A stretch of DNA of 63,475 nt, the filler included, from Hyphochytrium catenoides (lineage: Eukaryota > Protista > Hyphochytriomycota), in assembly GCA_900088475.1 (NCBI GenBank). It is 7 parts of 7 records of this genome, joined end to end, with 100 filler letters (N's around TTAATTAATTAA, not from the genome) between each part and the next. Parts side by side here need not be neighbours in the genome. Positions count along the whole stretch, not along the records: positions 1 to 18,580 come from FLMG01001988.1; positions 18,681 to 29,476 come from FLMG01001588.1; 5 more parts are not named here. One strand, written 5' to 3'. The notes below the pieces were generated by a model. The model was not told the origin of the DNA and did no database searches. It saw only the letters and a program-made list of their open reading frames with translations. Shown here one piece after another: positions 10,902 through 23,063 of this stretch (position 1 is the first letter of the stretch; each line of letters begins with the position of its first letter). The position numbers and the translations under genes were made by a program.

Positions 10902-13900
10902 ATGAGCTATCAAGATTATGGTGGGGGATACTCCGGCGGCGGCGGCAGCGGCAGCGGCGGCGGTGGTGGGTCATACAATGACAGGGGCGGCGGATCCTAC
11001 AGCGGCGGCGGTGGAGGAGGCTCCTAGTACGTCGCTTCTTCCCCTTGTTCTCTCTTTTCAGCGTCAATCTCTTTTCTTCTCTTGTTGGCTGCTGTGCGTC
11101 TGAGCTCAGTCTCGTCTGTTACCTCGCGGACCTACGAACCTCAGCCCTGCTTGAAGCTAGCTGTCTGTACCTCGACCTCTCAGTCGCATCTCCTCTCTGC
11201 CTGGATTATACCTTCACATTCTTCCCTGATTGCCCTTGATTGAGTGAGAGCCAGACAGTCCTAACAAAGGCGATTCTTTCTGTGCAGCGGCGGTGGGGGT
11301 TATTCTTCCTCTGGTTATGGCGGCGGAGGCAACGGCGGATACGGAGGTGGAGGCGGAGGATATGGGGGATCGGGCGGCGGTGGTGGAGGATACGGCGGTG
11401 GTGGAGGATACGGCGGTGGAGGATATGGCGGCGGCGGCGGCCGGGGCTTTGGAGGAGGAGACAGAGCCTGCTTTGTCTGCCAACAGCCGGGTAACAAGAC
11501 TCACTGAGACTCTAACGCCTTCCTTTAATCCTAGATCCTGGGGCCACGATGATGCTGAGTACTTCTCTCTCTCTCACTCTCTCTCTCTCTCTCTCCCTTC
11601 TCTATGGCAATGGTTCTACCCATTTGTCCTCTTGCTAATTTAAGAGTTGTGGGGATGCCTCTGTTTAACTTTCCCTTGGTGCCTCAGGCCATTTAGCTCG
11701 CGACTGTCCTCAGAAGCCCGCGGGCGGCTTTGGATCGGATAGGGAGTGCTACAACTGCCATCAGACAGGTGAGGAGAATGTCTCCTGGTGTCCTGACTGC
11801 CCGTGCCAGCTCTAGAGAGTACTGTGTCTCTCCTTTATATCTCTCTATCACTCGTCATCTGTGACGCCCGCTGATCTGGACTTGGACTGTAGGTCACATG
11901 GCTCGGGATTGCCCTCAAAAGCCTCCAGGAGGAGGAGGACGCGGCGGAGGGAGAGACTGTTATGTCTGCCACCAGCCCGGGCACATTGCAAGGGACTGTC
12001 CACAGGGAGATCGCCGAGGTAAGAAGACACATTCTTTCCTTTTCTTCACAAACTTTGCTTCTCTTTCACCTCGTTACCTTCACCCAGCGCGTCTGTCCCA
12101 TCTTCTCTCTATCCTATCGCAGATTGCAAGTCTTTTTCTTCCTGTCTCTCCTCTCTCTCTCTCTGCAAATGCAAGACAAAAAGTTTGACACATCTTCCCG
12201 CTCACATTGGCATCCGTGGTATCTTCTTCTAGGTGGCGGCGGCGGTGGCGGCGGCTATGGAGGTCGTTCCTATGAAGGTGGAGGAGGCTATGGGGGTGGC
12301 GGCTATGGAGGCAGTGACAGAGGAGGAAGAGATTCGTCTTACTCCTCTTCTTATGGAGGCGGAGGCTACTCTTCGTCCTCTTACGGAGGCAGGGACGGAG
12401 GATCCTCTTCATATAGTGGAAGAGATGGAGGATCCTCCTCTTATGGCGCAAGAGACGGTGGATCTTCCTCGTATGGGGGAGGAAGAGACGGAGGCTCCTC
12501 TTCCTACTCTACCGGGGGACGGGACTCAGGCTGGAGAGGAGGAGGAGGAGACGATCGCCGTTCTTCTTATGACAAGGGAGCCCCAGCAGCTGCTGGAGGA
12601 GGAAGCTACGCCCCGGAAGAGCCGGTGCCCGTAGGAGGAGAGGAAGATAGAGGAGCGCCGTCAAAGATCTGTGATGAGAACTGTGGAGATGACTGCACCA
12701 ATGCGACGATATATGTCAGTGGCCTGACTCCTGACATTACCACGGAAGATCTGCAGACGGTGTGACTGCTTTAGCCTCTTCTCTCTAGTCCTTGTCCTAT
12801 CTACCACCTTCTGCCGTCATTGCTGAGTGCCTAGAGAGTTGTCTGATAGCACATTCTCCTCTCTTCTTCTCGGCTCCACTTTCCCTAGAAGAGAGAACTG
12901 CTGACAACTCATGCGAAGTCTCGGAAGGCTCCCTCTCTCTCTCTCTCTCTCCCTGTTTCTCTCCATTTGGTGCCCCGTTTGTCTCTCTTTCTTCCTCGTG
13001 TGCTATTGCTCATTGTAGGAGGCGGGAGGAAGGAAGGGAGTCTCCCAGTAGCAGGGTAGTGCGGAGCCTTTAGTCGCTCCTGCTCGATCCCTCTCTCTAT
13101 GCTCTGCCGTTGGTTACTGCCCCTTTGTCTCTCCTATTACTTTCGCCTGGCCTCTTTTTCTTGTTTATGAGCTCATAGAAAGGGACGGGAAAAAGAGAGG
13201 TGTAGAGAGAGAGAATACCGGGTTCTCAGTTCTCTATTTCTCTCTTTGCTTTCTTGTATGTGGTTTTTTCTCGTCAATCTTCTAAGGCTTTAGCGTGGTT
13301 GTCAGTCAGTCAGCTGGGAAGTGAGAGGATGAGAAGAAGAGAGAAGAATGTGCTGAGGAGAAAGAGGAAAAACATGCGGAAGACATTGACGGCAAGAAGA
13401 GAAAGTGGTGAAGTTAAGGATGAAAGAGTCGTGAGTGCGAGGATGAGTGACGTGTCCGTGAGCGTCAAGAGAGAGTTTGAGAGGAAAGTGACAAGATGCG
13501 AATTGTGACAAAGAGTAAAGAAAAGAGAAGGACGGTGACCGAGAAGGGAGAGGAAGAGAAAGCACGGGCCAGTCCAGACACTATGATACTTTATTCTTTG
13601 GTCTATTCCCTGTGATCCTCGTGGCAATGCCTGGCAATAGAGACGAGAAGTGGAGAAGAGAGGAGACTCCCTCTCATTCATTCCCCTCCTGGAAAATGAG
13701 CGCGGTAGACCAGCGGCAATGATGGCAGTTCTCTCTCTTTCTCCTCTGTGTTCCTTCTCTCCTTTCATGGCCAATGCGCCGACCGTAGACACTAACATGG
13801 CGCGGAAACCATCGTTCTCTGTGTCTCTCTCTGGTGTCTGTTGTGTGTTTGTCTTCTCAGCATTTTGGAGGTCTTGGGATAGTCGCCAAAGAAAGGCAGA

Positions 13901-14686
13901 AGAGGGTAAGAAGGAGACAGAAGCTAACCAATCTTCTGACTGTGCGGCCTTTCTGGAGTTATTTCCTCTTGTCGTTTTGTCTCTCTCTTTTATTCTACTC
14001 TCCCTCGCTCTCTCTCTTTCTCCGGCCTATCTAGCGCTCTCCTGCATAAATTATTGCCCTTTGTCGGAACCTCTTTCTTGTCTAATGATTCGGCTTCTCA
14101 CGTCCTCTCTTCTCCAACCTTTTTTCTCTCTTTCTTGCTCGGGCTGTCCCGCTGTAGGGTTACAAGGACGAGTGGCCTTATAAGATCAAGCTTTATGAGG
14201 ACGCGAGCGGCCAACCCAAAGGCGACGCGCTGTTGACCTATGAGGATCCTATCACGGCACACAAGGCGCCAAGCTTCTTCAATGGTGCACACCATCTCTC
14301 TCTCTCTCTCTTGTCCTCTGTCTCTCCTTGATAGACGTTGAATACTCTCGCGCTAGGTCGTCGAGCCTGAATTAACTTGCTTCTCTGGTGCTGCAGGAGA
14401 GAAGCTCAAGGGCGCCACTCTGACTGTCTCAATGGCGGAGAAGAAAGTCTACGTACCGCGTCCAATGGGTGGCAATGGCGGAGGAAGGTAAGCATCATTG
14501 GCCACTTCAGGAGGAAGAATGCCTTTCTAACACCTCTCTTCCTCTCTCTTTCTCTCTCTTCTCTTTGACTCGTGGTGCTTGCAACTTCGTCCGGCCCGGC
14601 TCGTGTGGCGTTGCAGAGGAGGAGGAAGAGGATATGGTGGTGGACGAGGTGGAGGAGGACGTGACTCTCGATACCGGCCTTACTAA
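10902..14686 (+). CDS. TAF15: TAF15b-like / FET-family RNA-binding protein: Gly/Tyr/Ser low-complexity region, 3 CCHC zinc knuckles, RRM, RGG tail ending RYRPY
   Basis: Approximate exons: 10902-11026, 11288-11490, 11688-11768, 11893-12018, 12233-12759, 13861-13905, 14159-14284, 14398-14487, 14618-14686. The spliced RRM reads [76 protein letters not shown], matching the plant TAF15b signature KQKRGYKDQWP...KGDA.L.YEDP. The C-terminus resembles a PY-NLS. Confidence 0.88.
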
Positions 14687-15219
14687 GTGCGTCTCCATCT
14701 GTCAACTCGCGCTCTCTCTCTCTCTGCATCTGCTACCCCAGCACTGCTTCCTTTCTTACCCTGTCTTCCCTCTGATCGCGGATCTCTCTCTCTCTCTTTC
14801 TCTCTCGTTTTGTTGTTTGAAGTTTGAGAATGGCAGCTGTATAGCTGAATTGACAGAGCCGTACATCCCTATCTTCTTACATTAAATAGCAAGGGAAAAC
14901 AAAGCAAAAAGTTCTGCTGGAAGGTCTCTCTCTCTCTCTCTCTCTCTCTTCCCTTCTCTGTCTTGCATATCTATCTGTGCTCGTGGTGTTGGCACATAGT
15001 TTGTTGCAGATAGAGCGGGAGAGAGCGTACCTCTGGGCATTGTGCCTGCACTGACTAAGGAAGAGCAAAAGAGAGAACTTACTTTTGGAGAAAAAAAGAG
15101 AGAGAGGGAAAAAAGAGAAAGCATGGACTGATGAGCAGTCAATAAGCGGGAGACAAAGAAGAGAGACAAGCATAAATAGTGGGAGAGACTAGTTCCACAG
15201 CTTATCCTTCCCAAGCTTT

Positions 15220-16614
15220 CCTAGTGAAGAGCTCAATGCCGCCTGCAGGCCGCAACTGAGCTACCTTTCGATCAAAGTCCTTGATAAATGAAGAGAGAGA
15301 GAGACAAAAGAAGGTTAGGAAGACTAAAGGTGGAGAGAGAGAGCGAGAGAGAGAGAATGGAAGGAAAGGCACGACCTTCTGCTAATATTGAACATCTCAC
15401 TGAACCATGGAGAAAGGAGAGAGAGAGAAGAGAGAGACTGAAAAGAAGACAATGGTTGACCTTACCTCCAGTTCCCTTAAAGAATAGTCAACGTCAGAGT
15501 GTTTCTCTTCTTTCCTGACTGAGGACGAAGAAGAGCAGCGACTCTTTCCCGCTATGTCCTCTCTTCCTGTTGAACGTAGAGTCGACGCGGAAGAGATCTT
15601 TCTCTCTGTCTTCGTCTTCATCTTCCCCACATTTCTCTCAGGACCAGAGGCCTGGGTTTCCTCTCTTCTCCGGGAGTCTTCCTCCTCCAACAAATTCTAG
15701 GGGACGATGAGGAGAGGAGAAGGAAGATTGAGAGACAATCATGAGCGGAAACCATATGAGAGAGAGAGAGAGAAAGACGGCGGAGATGGAAGAAGGAATA
15801 GTGTGCGAGAGACAAAGAGACGGAGAGAAGAAAAGAGAAAGGGAGAGAGATAAACAAACAAAAGAGAGAGAGCGGGAGCGGATCGGGAAGAAGAGGGAGC
15901 GAGAGAGAGAGAAAGGAAGAGAGAGAGATGGGAGGGGGGAGATGAGGGAGACAGAAGAGGAAAACAGAGAGCGAGAGAGACAGACAGCGAAAGGGAGCCA
16001 GACAGAACCAGACAGAGAGGGAGACAGAGAGAGCTGACAGTGAAAGAGACAGAATGGCAGTGGCGGGAGGGTCACTTAACCATTCTCGCCAACACTTTCT
16101 GGACCTCTCGATCTCTGCTCGTCACCAGGAAGCCGGAGAACTCTCTCCTATCATACTCTGACTCTCTCTTTCTCCGTGTCCCGTTTCCCTCTTCTCTCTC
16201 TTCCTTTGGCAGGAGAGAGAGCTCAAGCTTCGGCTTGCTGAGCTGTCTCAATCTTTCTTCTCTTTTATCCCTCTCTTTGGCGTGGCTAACAGTCTTCCCG
16301 TGAGAGAGAGACGGAGATGACTCTGAAAGAGAAACAACCTCCGTCTTTCTTTTGAAGTCTGAGAACTCTTCCGCCCATCGAGAGCCCACCGCCGCCTGGG
16401 AGAGAAAAAGCAGAGGAAGAGAGAGAAAGAAAGAGATGGCATGAGAGAGGAAGACGCAGAGAGAGAGAGCCAGACCCCATAGGAAAGGGTTACGAAGAGA
16501 AAGATCGAGAAATCGCAGCAGTGAGAGAGAGTAAAAGCTCCTTTGAAAGAAGAAGAGGGCAGTCTTGAAAGGGCTGATAGTGTGGAGTTTGCTTCCCATC
16601 ATAGTCTCTCTCTG

Positions 16615-16677
<63 letters not shown>

Positions 16678-17905
16678 CTCGCTCTCGCTCTCTGTTTTCC
16701 TCTCGCTCTCTGTTTCTCCTCTCGCCCTCTCTTTTCCTCTCCTTTTCTTACTCTCTTCCTCTGTGCGTCTCTCTCTCTCTCTCTCTCTCTCTCATGGGAC
16801 GTCGCCTCGTAGCTTCTTCCCGGTATTCTGTCTCATCTTGACTGAGGAAGTGCTTACCTGCTGCTGGAAGTCTGCTCTGATCTTGGCTGCTTNNNNNNNN
16901 NNGGATCGTTCCAAATCGCTCCTCCTCTCTCTCTCTCATTCTTCCGATAGAACTTATAGTCTTTCTGTATGATGCCAGGCTCTATCTCTCTTTCTCTCTC
17001 TTCTTCGTCCTCCTCTTCGTGTCCCTCTTTACTGTCGCTGCTCTCTCCTGCATCCTCAGACGAAGAGGATGAGCAAGGGGAAGATCGGGTAGCTTGCTTT
17101 CTGCTTCTAATGTATTTCTACGGGGAAGTAAATCGTAAGCCTCAAGCCCTGCCAGGGAGAAAAACTCTCTCTCTCTCTTTGTCCTCTCGCGCCTTTCACT
17201 CTCTCTGCTGGCTAATGTCTCTCCCGCCGTCTGCGGACAGCGCGGTCCTTCCATTTCGCCCTCTCATACATTCTCTCTTTCCCAATTCTTCTTCAAGTCT
17301 TTCTCTATAATCCTCTTTCACTGTCTCTCTTTCCCTGTCCGCTCCTCTCGCTTTCCGTTTTACTCTCTCGGCCGGTCTTCTCTCTCTGCATCCGTACTCA
17401 TAACGCGATTCCTCTCTCTTTCTCTCTTTCCTCTTTCTCTCTTCTTCCCATCTTCTCTTTTCGTCTCGTCACTCTCTCTTCAACTGTCTCTCTCCTTGGA
17501 ACACTGACCTTGTTATTGCTCCGCCGCCGTCGCTCCAGGTCCAAGAGCTGCTGCTGACGAAAGACTCGTCTCTCTCTTATCAGCTCATTTGCAGTGTCTT
17601 TCTCCTCTCTCGTCTCCCCTCTTATGTCTTGGTCGACACCTGATGACGGAAAGAAAGAGAGAAATGCGGCGAAAGATGAGCGCATTGTGTGTGTGTCTCT
17701 CTCTCTTCATTGACCTCTTCCCTCTCTCTCTCTCTCTTCCATTTGTCTCTCTCGAACGTCGATACTGTATCTTCTCTTTATGCTCTTTCCCTTCTTTCTC
17801 TCATTTTCTTCGATTTGGTGGTTAGATCTCTCNNNNNNNNNNNNNNNNNNNNNNNNNNNCCTCTCCGCCTCCTGATGCGGCAGCCTTTCTGCCCCTTCCA
17901 AGATT
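15220..17905 (-). CDS. Hypothetical multi-exon charged/coiled-coil protein
   Basis: Purine-rich open segments on the minus strand are flanked by AG and GT(A/C)AG: ~17508-17639 (KDTANELIRERRVFRQQQLLDLERRRR), ~16858-16890, 16081-16395 (REERLRQLSKPK...QKVLARM), ~15465-15697. No family recognised; N gaps lie inside. Confidence 0.4.
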
Positions 17906-18580
17906 GGTATGGGACAGCGGCATAGCTTCTCTCTTTCTCTCTCTCTCTTTTTGTGTCTGTCTAGTGGCTTTTCCGCTAATATCTACCACGGGCTCTACTA
18001 TTGACAGGAAAGGAAAACATAAACTAGAGAGAGATTGTGGGTTGACTAGAGAGAAGAAGATAAACGAAGAGAAGAGAGGAGAAACGACAATACTCGGCTG
18101 GCTCTCTCGTTCGCGTTTTCTCTTCTCTCTCTCTCTCTCTCTTGGTCTAATCAATTTGAAGAACTAAACCGGTCTTTCAGGATTAGGGAAAGGAACAAAG
18201 CGCAATAGAGAAACAGCGCGAGCATTCTTTAGCGGTGATGACAAGAAAGAAGAGGGAACTTAATATTGGCAGAGTCCCTATCTCTCAGGTATTGCTCTCT
18301 CTTTCTCCTTTCTCTCTCTCCCTCTCTCTCTCCGCTTTTCTCTCTCTCTCTCTTCCTCTTTATCTGTCTTTACTAGAGCTTCTTTGCTTGCCGCATGTCG
18401 CAGCAGGCAGCAGAGTAAAAAAGCGACAGCAAAAGGGGAGAGAAGAGAGGGTTTGGGTTCCAAGATGACGCTAGGATTGATGCTTTCAAGGCCATGTACA
18501 GGTTATCAGTCGCCCCGAGGAGAGGAGCAGACAAGAAAGGAAAGAGGATAAGATGGTAGCGTTAGAAGAGAGAGAGAGAG

Positions 18581-18680
18581 NNNNNNNNNNNNNNNNNNNN
18601 NNNNNNNNNNNNNNNNNNNNNNNNTTAATTAATTAANNNNNNNNNNNNNNNNNNNNNNNNNNNNNNNNNNNNNNNNNNNN
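18581..18680. other. Artificial contig linker (N44-TTAATTAATTAA-N44)
   Basis: Six-frame-stop 12-mer centred in Ns; the same 100-bp structure occurs six times. Confidence 0.97.
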
Positions 18681-18779
18681 CTCTGAGCTCTGTGACACTA
18701 CTGAAGCTTTGTCCGTTCCGTGATCCAGGGGTTAACAATGACAAAGGGCGAAGCTAATGTGGGCACTGGTTGCAGAGAA

Positions 18780-19400
18780 GTGTAAGTCTTGCCGCAGAGA
18801 GTGTTCACCATTATTAGCTTGTGCTAAGCCTTCTCTGACTCACCTCCTGGGATCATCACTAATCCCTAGTCTTCCTCCCTTTTCCATTTGTGAGTCGAGG
18901 TTTCTGCTGCTTGCTGACGCTTGGAGGCGTGGTGATGATTAGCGTACGTGTTGACTGTCAATATTGAACTTCATAGGGATGACTTCTTCCTTGACCTTGC
19001 ATGTGGCTGGCTATCGTGACAATGTCATCAATGAGCAGATAGAGCAGCATGTAGCTCGGGATGACGTAATAACTTCTCTGCACAAACAAGGAAAACAGCT
19101 TCGTAGTAGTCATCATTCAGTTCTTGAAGGATGGCGATAACATCTCCATAATAAAGATTCTGAACCACCAGCTCCTTGGTTCGTCCCTTGTTGGTGCTGG
19201 TGCTTATGAGTCTATTCTGAGGGGGATGGCACTCCGTAATGTCTTCGGTGCCCAAAAACTTACATCTTTCCTTCTGCTCACCTGGATGAGCGTGTAGAAC
19301 ATGCAGATGAATGGTAAGCCTCTGGCTGGGGGAATCAAACTGGCGCTTGACATTACTAGCCTGGGAGCTCTCCTTGCCGCCTAGCTGCGTCAAGCGGAAG
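18780..19400 (-). pseudogene. Possible degenerate CRESS-DNA-virus Rep / SF3 helicase relic
   Basis: Scattered motifs across frames with stops and frameshifts: HLHVL (19309-19295, HUH-like), STSTNKGRT or NTLCGKT (Walker A-like), YLLIDDI (~19041-19021, Walker B-like), LIITT (~18940, motif C-like). The spacings do not all fit a single model. Confidence 0.3.
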
Positions 19401-21054
19401 GAGGCTCTTGGCCCGTTGGTAATCGCCGACGTGTCCTAACTCTACGACTACCTCACAAGGACTAAGCTAACTAACAAAAATTGAGTACTCCTTACCGCCA
19501 CGACTAGTAATTGATTACGTGCTCTGGCCTCTAACGTACGTTTGCCAGCACAGCGAAGAAATGGGAGGGCGGGTGGTTGACTGTTCCTGCTGCGCCGAAT
19601 AGGTGCAGTCAGCTGTGCCTCCCCTCTCCGTTGCCGCTGTGTCTAAGTCTGGGCAGGCGGCAGAGGCTGAGGCTGACCGAACAAATCTGAGACTGAGGCC
19701 CCAGGGCCCCATCCTCTAACCGCGCCAGGAAAACCTAATATATCCCCAGATATTCAACCCAGTCCCTTGGCTTCTAGACTTCTCTTCCTTCTTCGTCGTC
19801 CATTTATCTTGCTGGATCTTCGTGTAGCGTTTAGAGCTTCCAGGAACTACCTTCTGAGACTTGGCTCTTCTCTCTACGCTAATGGTAGGCGCAGGGCGAG
19901 GAAACCTAGGAACGAAGACTCTAGCGCAGTAGCCAAAGTGCAGATCGTCTGGAAAATGTTGAGGTGAGACTACAGATTAGCACGCAGTGAGCGCGGCCAT
20001 TGCACATCCGATCGCTATGTAGAACGTGCAAGCTCTAGATTACTACGATCAGCTACATATACAAAAAGGAAGTTACCAAGAGTGCCGAGTGTGGACTACC
20101 TACCGCTCTGATAGCTTCTGATAGCTGCTCTGATAACGGACGTGACCTTTGGCTTGATGGGAACATTCCCAACCTATCGATGAAGAGAAGGAGCTGTGAC
20201 AACTAGCTAGTCTCTCCGCCTTCCTCCGTCCTGACGATAAGCGAAGTGTCCTATCTTAACCTTATAACAAGAAGCTCACAGAGAGCCTAGCTTAGGGCAT
20301 GATGATCCAACCCCAGCCCCACTGCCTCCCTTTAACCAGGGACAGTGGCAAGCAACAATCAAGGGGCAGGGCTCCCGAAGGGGGCGCTGTCAATGTAACC
20401 TCACTGGAGGCCTCACCACCCATACAGCCATCAATAAAAATAGATAAAGAAGAAGCTGGAGGTTTGATGATGAGAGACAAGCTCTCCCACCAAGGAGATG
20501 ATCACAGCGGACCAGCTCCATAGCTCCGAAGAGCTGTAAAGGTACTTTCATGTCCCATGACAATGAAGGGAAGAACCACCCGTCATCACCATTGGTAGAT
20601 CGCGAAAAAGTGGCTACTCCATACAAATGAGATGAGGGTCTTCCTTGCTAGGCTAACACCTCGGCGTCGTCTTCTGCATCGTCGTCAGCGTCAGAAATAA
20701 ATGGTGCCTCACTATTCCTCGACGCATGTCAGACCTTCTCATGAGCTCCATGGTCATGACACCCCACCAAGCACCTGTGAACGCCGTTAGGCTCGATTGA
20801 TGCCACTACTATGGTGAAGTGAAAGAGGTGGACAACAAGTTCATGACCAACAACGCCACTTCCCTGCCACAAAAAGATCTTACCGGCCAAAGCAGCAACG
20901 TCCTCATCAATCACCCATTCGTGTTGCGAGTAGAAGGTGGTAGTACAAGGCAGCCAGGGTAAGGCAGGTAATGCAGTTTATAACAACTCTTGATCGTGAC
21001 GAGTTGGCAACAACTACCGCTGCTCACTCATGAGTAACAATGCCGCCATCGCTA

Positions 21055-23063
21055 CTATTCCTTCCACGAATCGTCTACTTTCATCTCTTCTCGACCCAGA
21101 CTAGTAATCTCTATCGTGGCTTTCAGCACGGAAGCCGTGATGTCGCTCTGGCGTTCGCGGGCAAGGGCAAGCGCCAGACGCACGGCATTTTTGATCTGTC
21201 GTCCGTTCAAGACATGCTTGCCAAGTTCATCGTATGAGACATCCGGTGCAACCGCAGTCTCAGTGACTTGCCTTAACAGGTTCTTCCATATCTGCACACG
21301 CGCATCAACGTCCAATGAATCGTACCTTAGTGCCACCGTCACACGGCTCTCAATAGCTGGATCAAAGGAGCGAACGCGATTGGTAGTTAGGAAGAGCAGC
21401 CCAGGATGATATTCCAAGAGTCGAAGCATCACACAAACAAGAGTATTCCGCAACAAATCATTCGTCGTTCGCGTCTCAAGGAAGACGTCGGCTTCATCCA
21501 AGAGCGTAAGTGCATTCCATCCCGCACATAAGTCTAACACATCGCTCAGCCGCCGCTCCATCTCTTGGGGTCCACACCCAGCTCGCCCATGGTGACGTAA
21601 TACAGCGGACGATGCAATACTTCCGCGATTGCTTCTGCGGTTAGGGTTTTGCCCACTCCGAGAGGCCCATGCAGCAGAATTATCGTCCCGCCGCTCTTCC
21701 CACCTACAATGTCATCCGTACCCGCATCGCCACCAAACCTTATAAGGGCACGGATGAGCTGCTTCCGCTCCTCGGAAAGAACCAACTTGTCAAAGGCTTG
21801 CTCATGAAACTGGATAAGTTCGAGGCCAGAGACCAGCACATGACCCCATGCCTTGGCGGAAAAACTGAAGCCGACCAATGCTGGCCAGCAGTATATGATG
21901 AGTTCCGGGGGAATCGTGTCCCACAGAGTCATTGTCTCTTCATGCGATGGGTCTTTCCCTGCATTGCCATTGCGCCATCGTTGATAGCGACCGGCGAATT
22001 GAATAAGGGCATTCGATGCTTCATCTGGGAACTGTGTGGGGTGGTGACCAAGAGCAATGCCGCGTGCGACATCGATCATGATGCGACCACCAGTGGGCAA
22101 CAGACTGCTGTTGGATCGGGAAAGCGAGGATGATGATCCGCTTTGCAAGGATGAGCGGCCATGTAGAAAGAAGGTGTTTGGCGTGTACGCCAAAAACTTG
22201 CCTCCTCTGACACCGCTCCCATACCGCACATACCTCTCACCGCGCTCCTGGAACGCATCATGCTCAACACCGTTCTTGACAGGGATGTAGGTGAGTTCTG
22301 ACTGAGGACGCGCTCGAGCGCCGATCCAGCCACTCAATACCTCCGTAAAGCTTATCAGCGCGAAGTGTTCGCCCATCGTAGCTACAAAGTCCATTGTCCA
22401 ATGAAAGCTCTTCTCCATCCCAAGTAATGAACGGCGTTCTTCAAAGTAATAGTCGGTGACCATGAAAATACCTGGATGACCTGCGAGGTTCCCGGTTCTC
22501 CCTTGAACCGGAACGTCAGGACGGTAGAGTTCACAGAGTGCGTCGAAAGTTATCAAGCCGCTTGCAATCAGCTCGTGAGCGGTCCTAATCTGATCTTCAT
22601 ACAATCGTTCCATTGCCTGGATGAGTTCCGACAGGCCAAATATGGAGATAGGCTGCAGTGCATTCTGCATTCGAAAGCCGAAGCTGGACAGCTGGTTCAA
22701 CGTCCGCCGTCGCCAATACTGGAGGAAGACGGGAGTAGGATTGAGGACGCCCTCATTATACCGAGAAAGGGCAAAGTTAAGACATCGGAGACGGCCTAGT
22801 ATCAGATAAAGCTGCTTCGCAGGCACCGTCCGGCCAAAGGACGAGCCAAGGTACTGCCGAATAACAGTCTTAAGAGGAACTGAGCACTTCTCCGCCGTCA
22901 GCGCCGAGGAGGTTGTTGGATCTTCTAGGAACTCAAATATAGTGTTGTCATGATGTACATTCCCGCCATCGTCATTGACTAAGCGGACCTTGAATGGAAG
23001 AGTCGTTGTCGGTAACATTGGAGAGCTGATGGCCTCCTGCTGCTGCTGCTGGTGTGGTTCCAT
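21055..23063 (-). CDS. Intronless AAA+ ATPase (family common in fungi and some protists), broken by a 1-nt frameshift near 21562-21572; pseudogene or sequencing error
   Basis: FDKLVLSEERKQLI, Walker A LLHGPLGVGKTLTAEAIAE, Walker B LLDEADVFL, FLTTNR, FDPAIESR, LNGRQIKNAVR. ORFs 21546-23096 and 21055-21561 join as GELGVDP-x-EMERRL if one base is added at GACCCCAAGAGATG. Confidence 0.9.

Noticed and set aside
11315-11497. Extensin-like PPPPY ORF on the minus strand
   Set aside because: It is the antisense shadow of the Gly/Tyr-rich TAF15b exon.
18625-18636. Recurrent TTAATTAATTAA palindrome as a biological site
   Set aside because: Always centred in a 100-bp N block; it is an assembly linker with stops in six frames.
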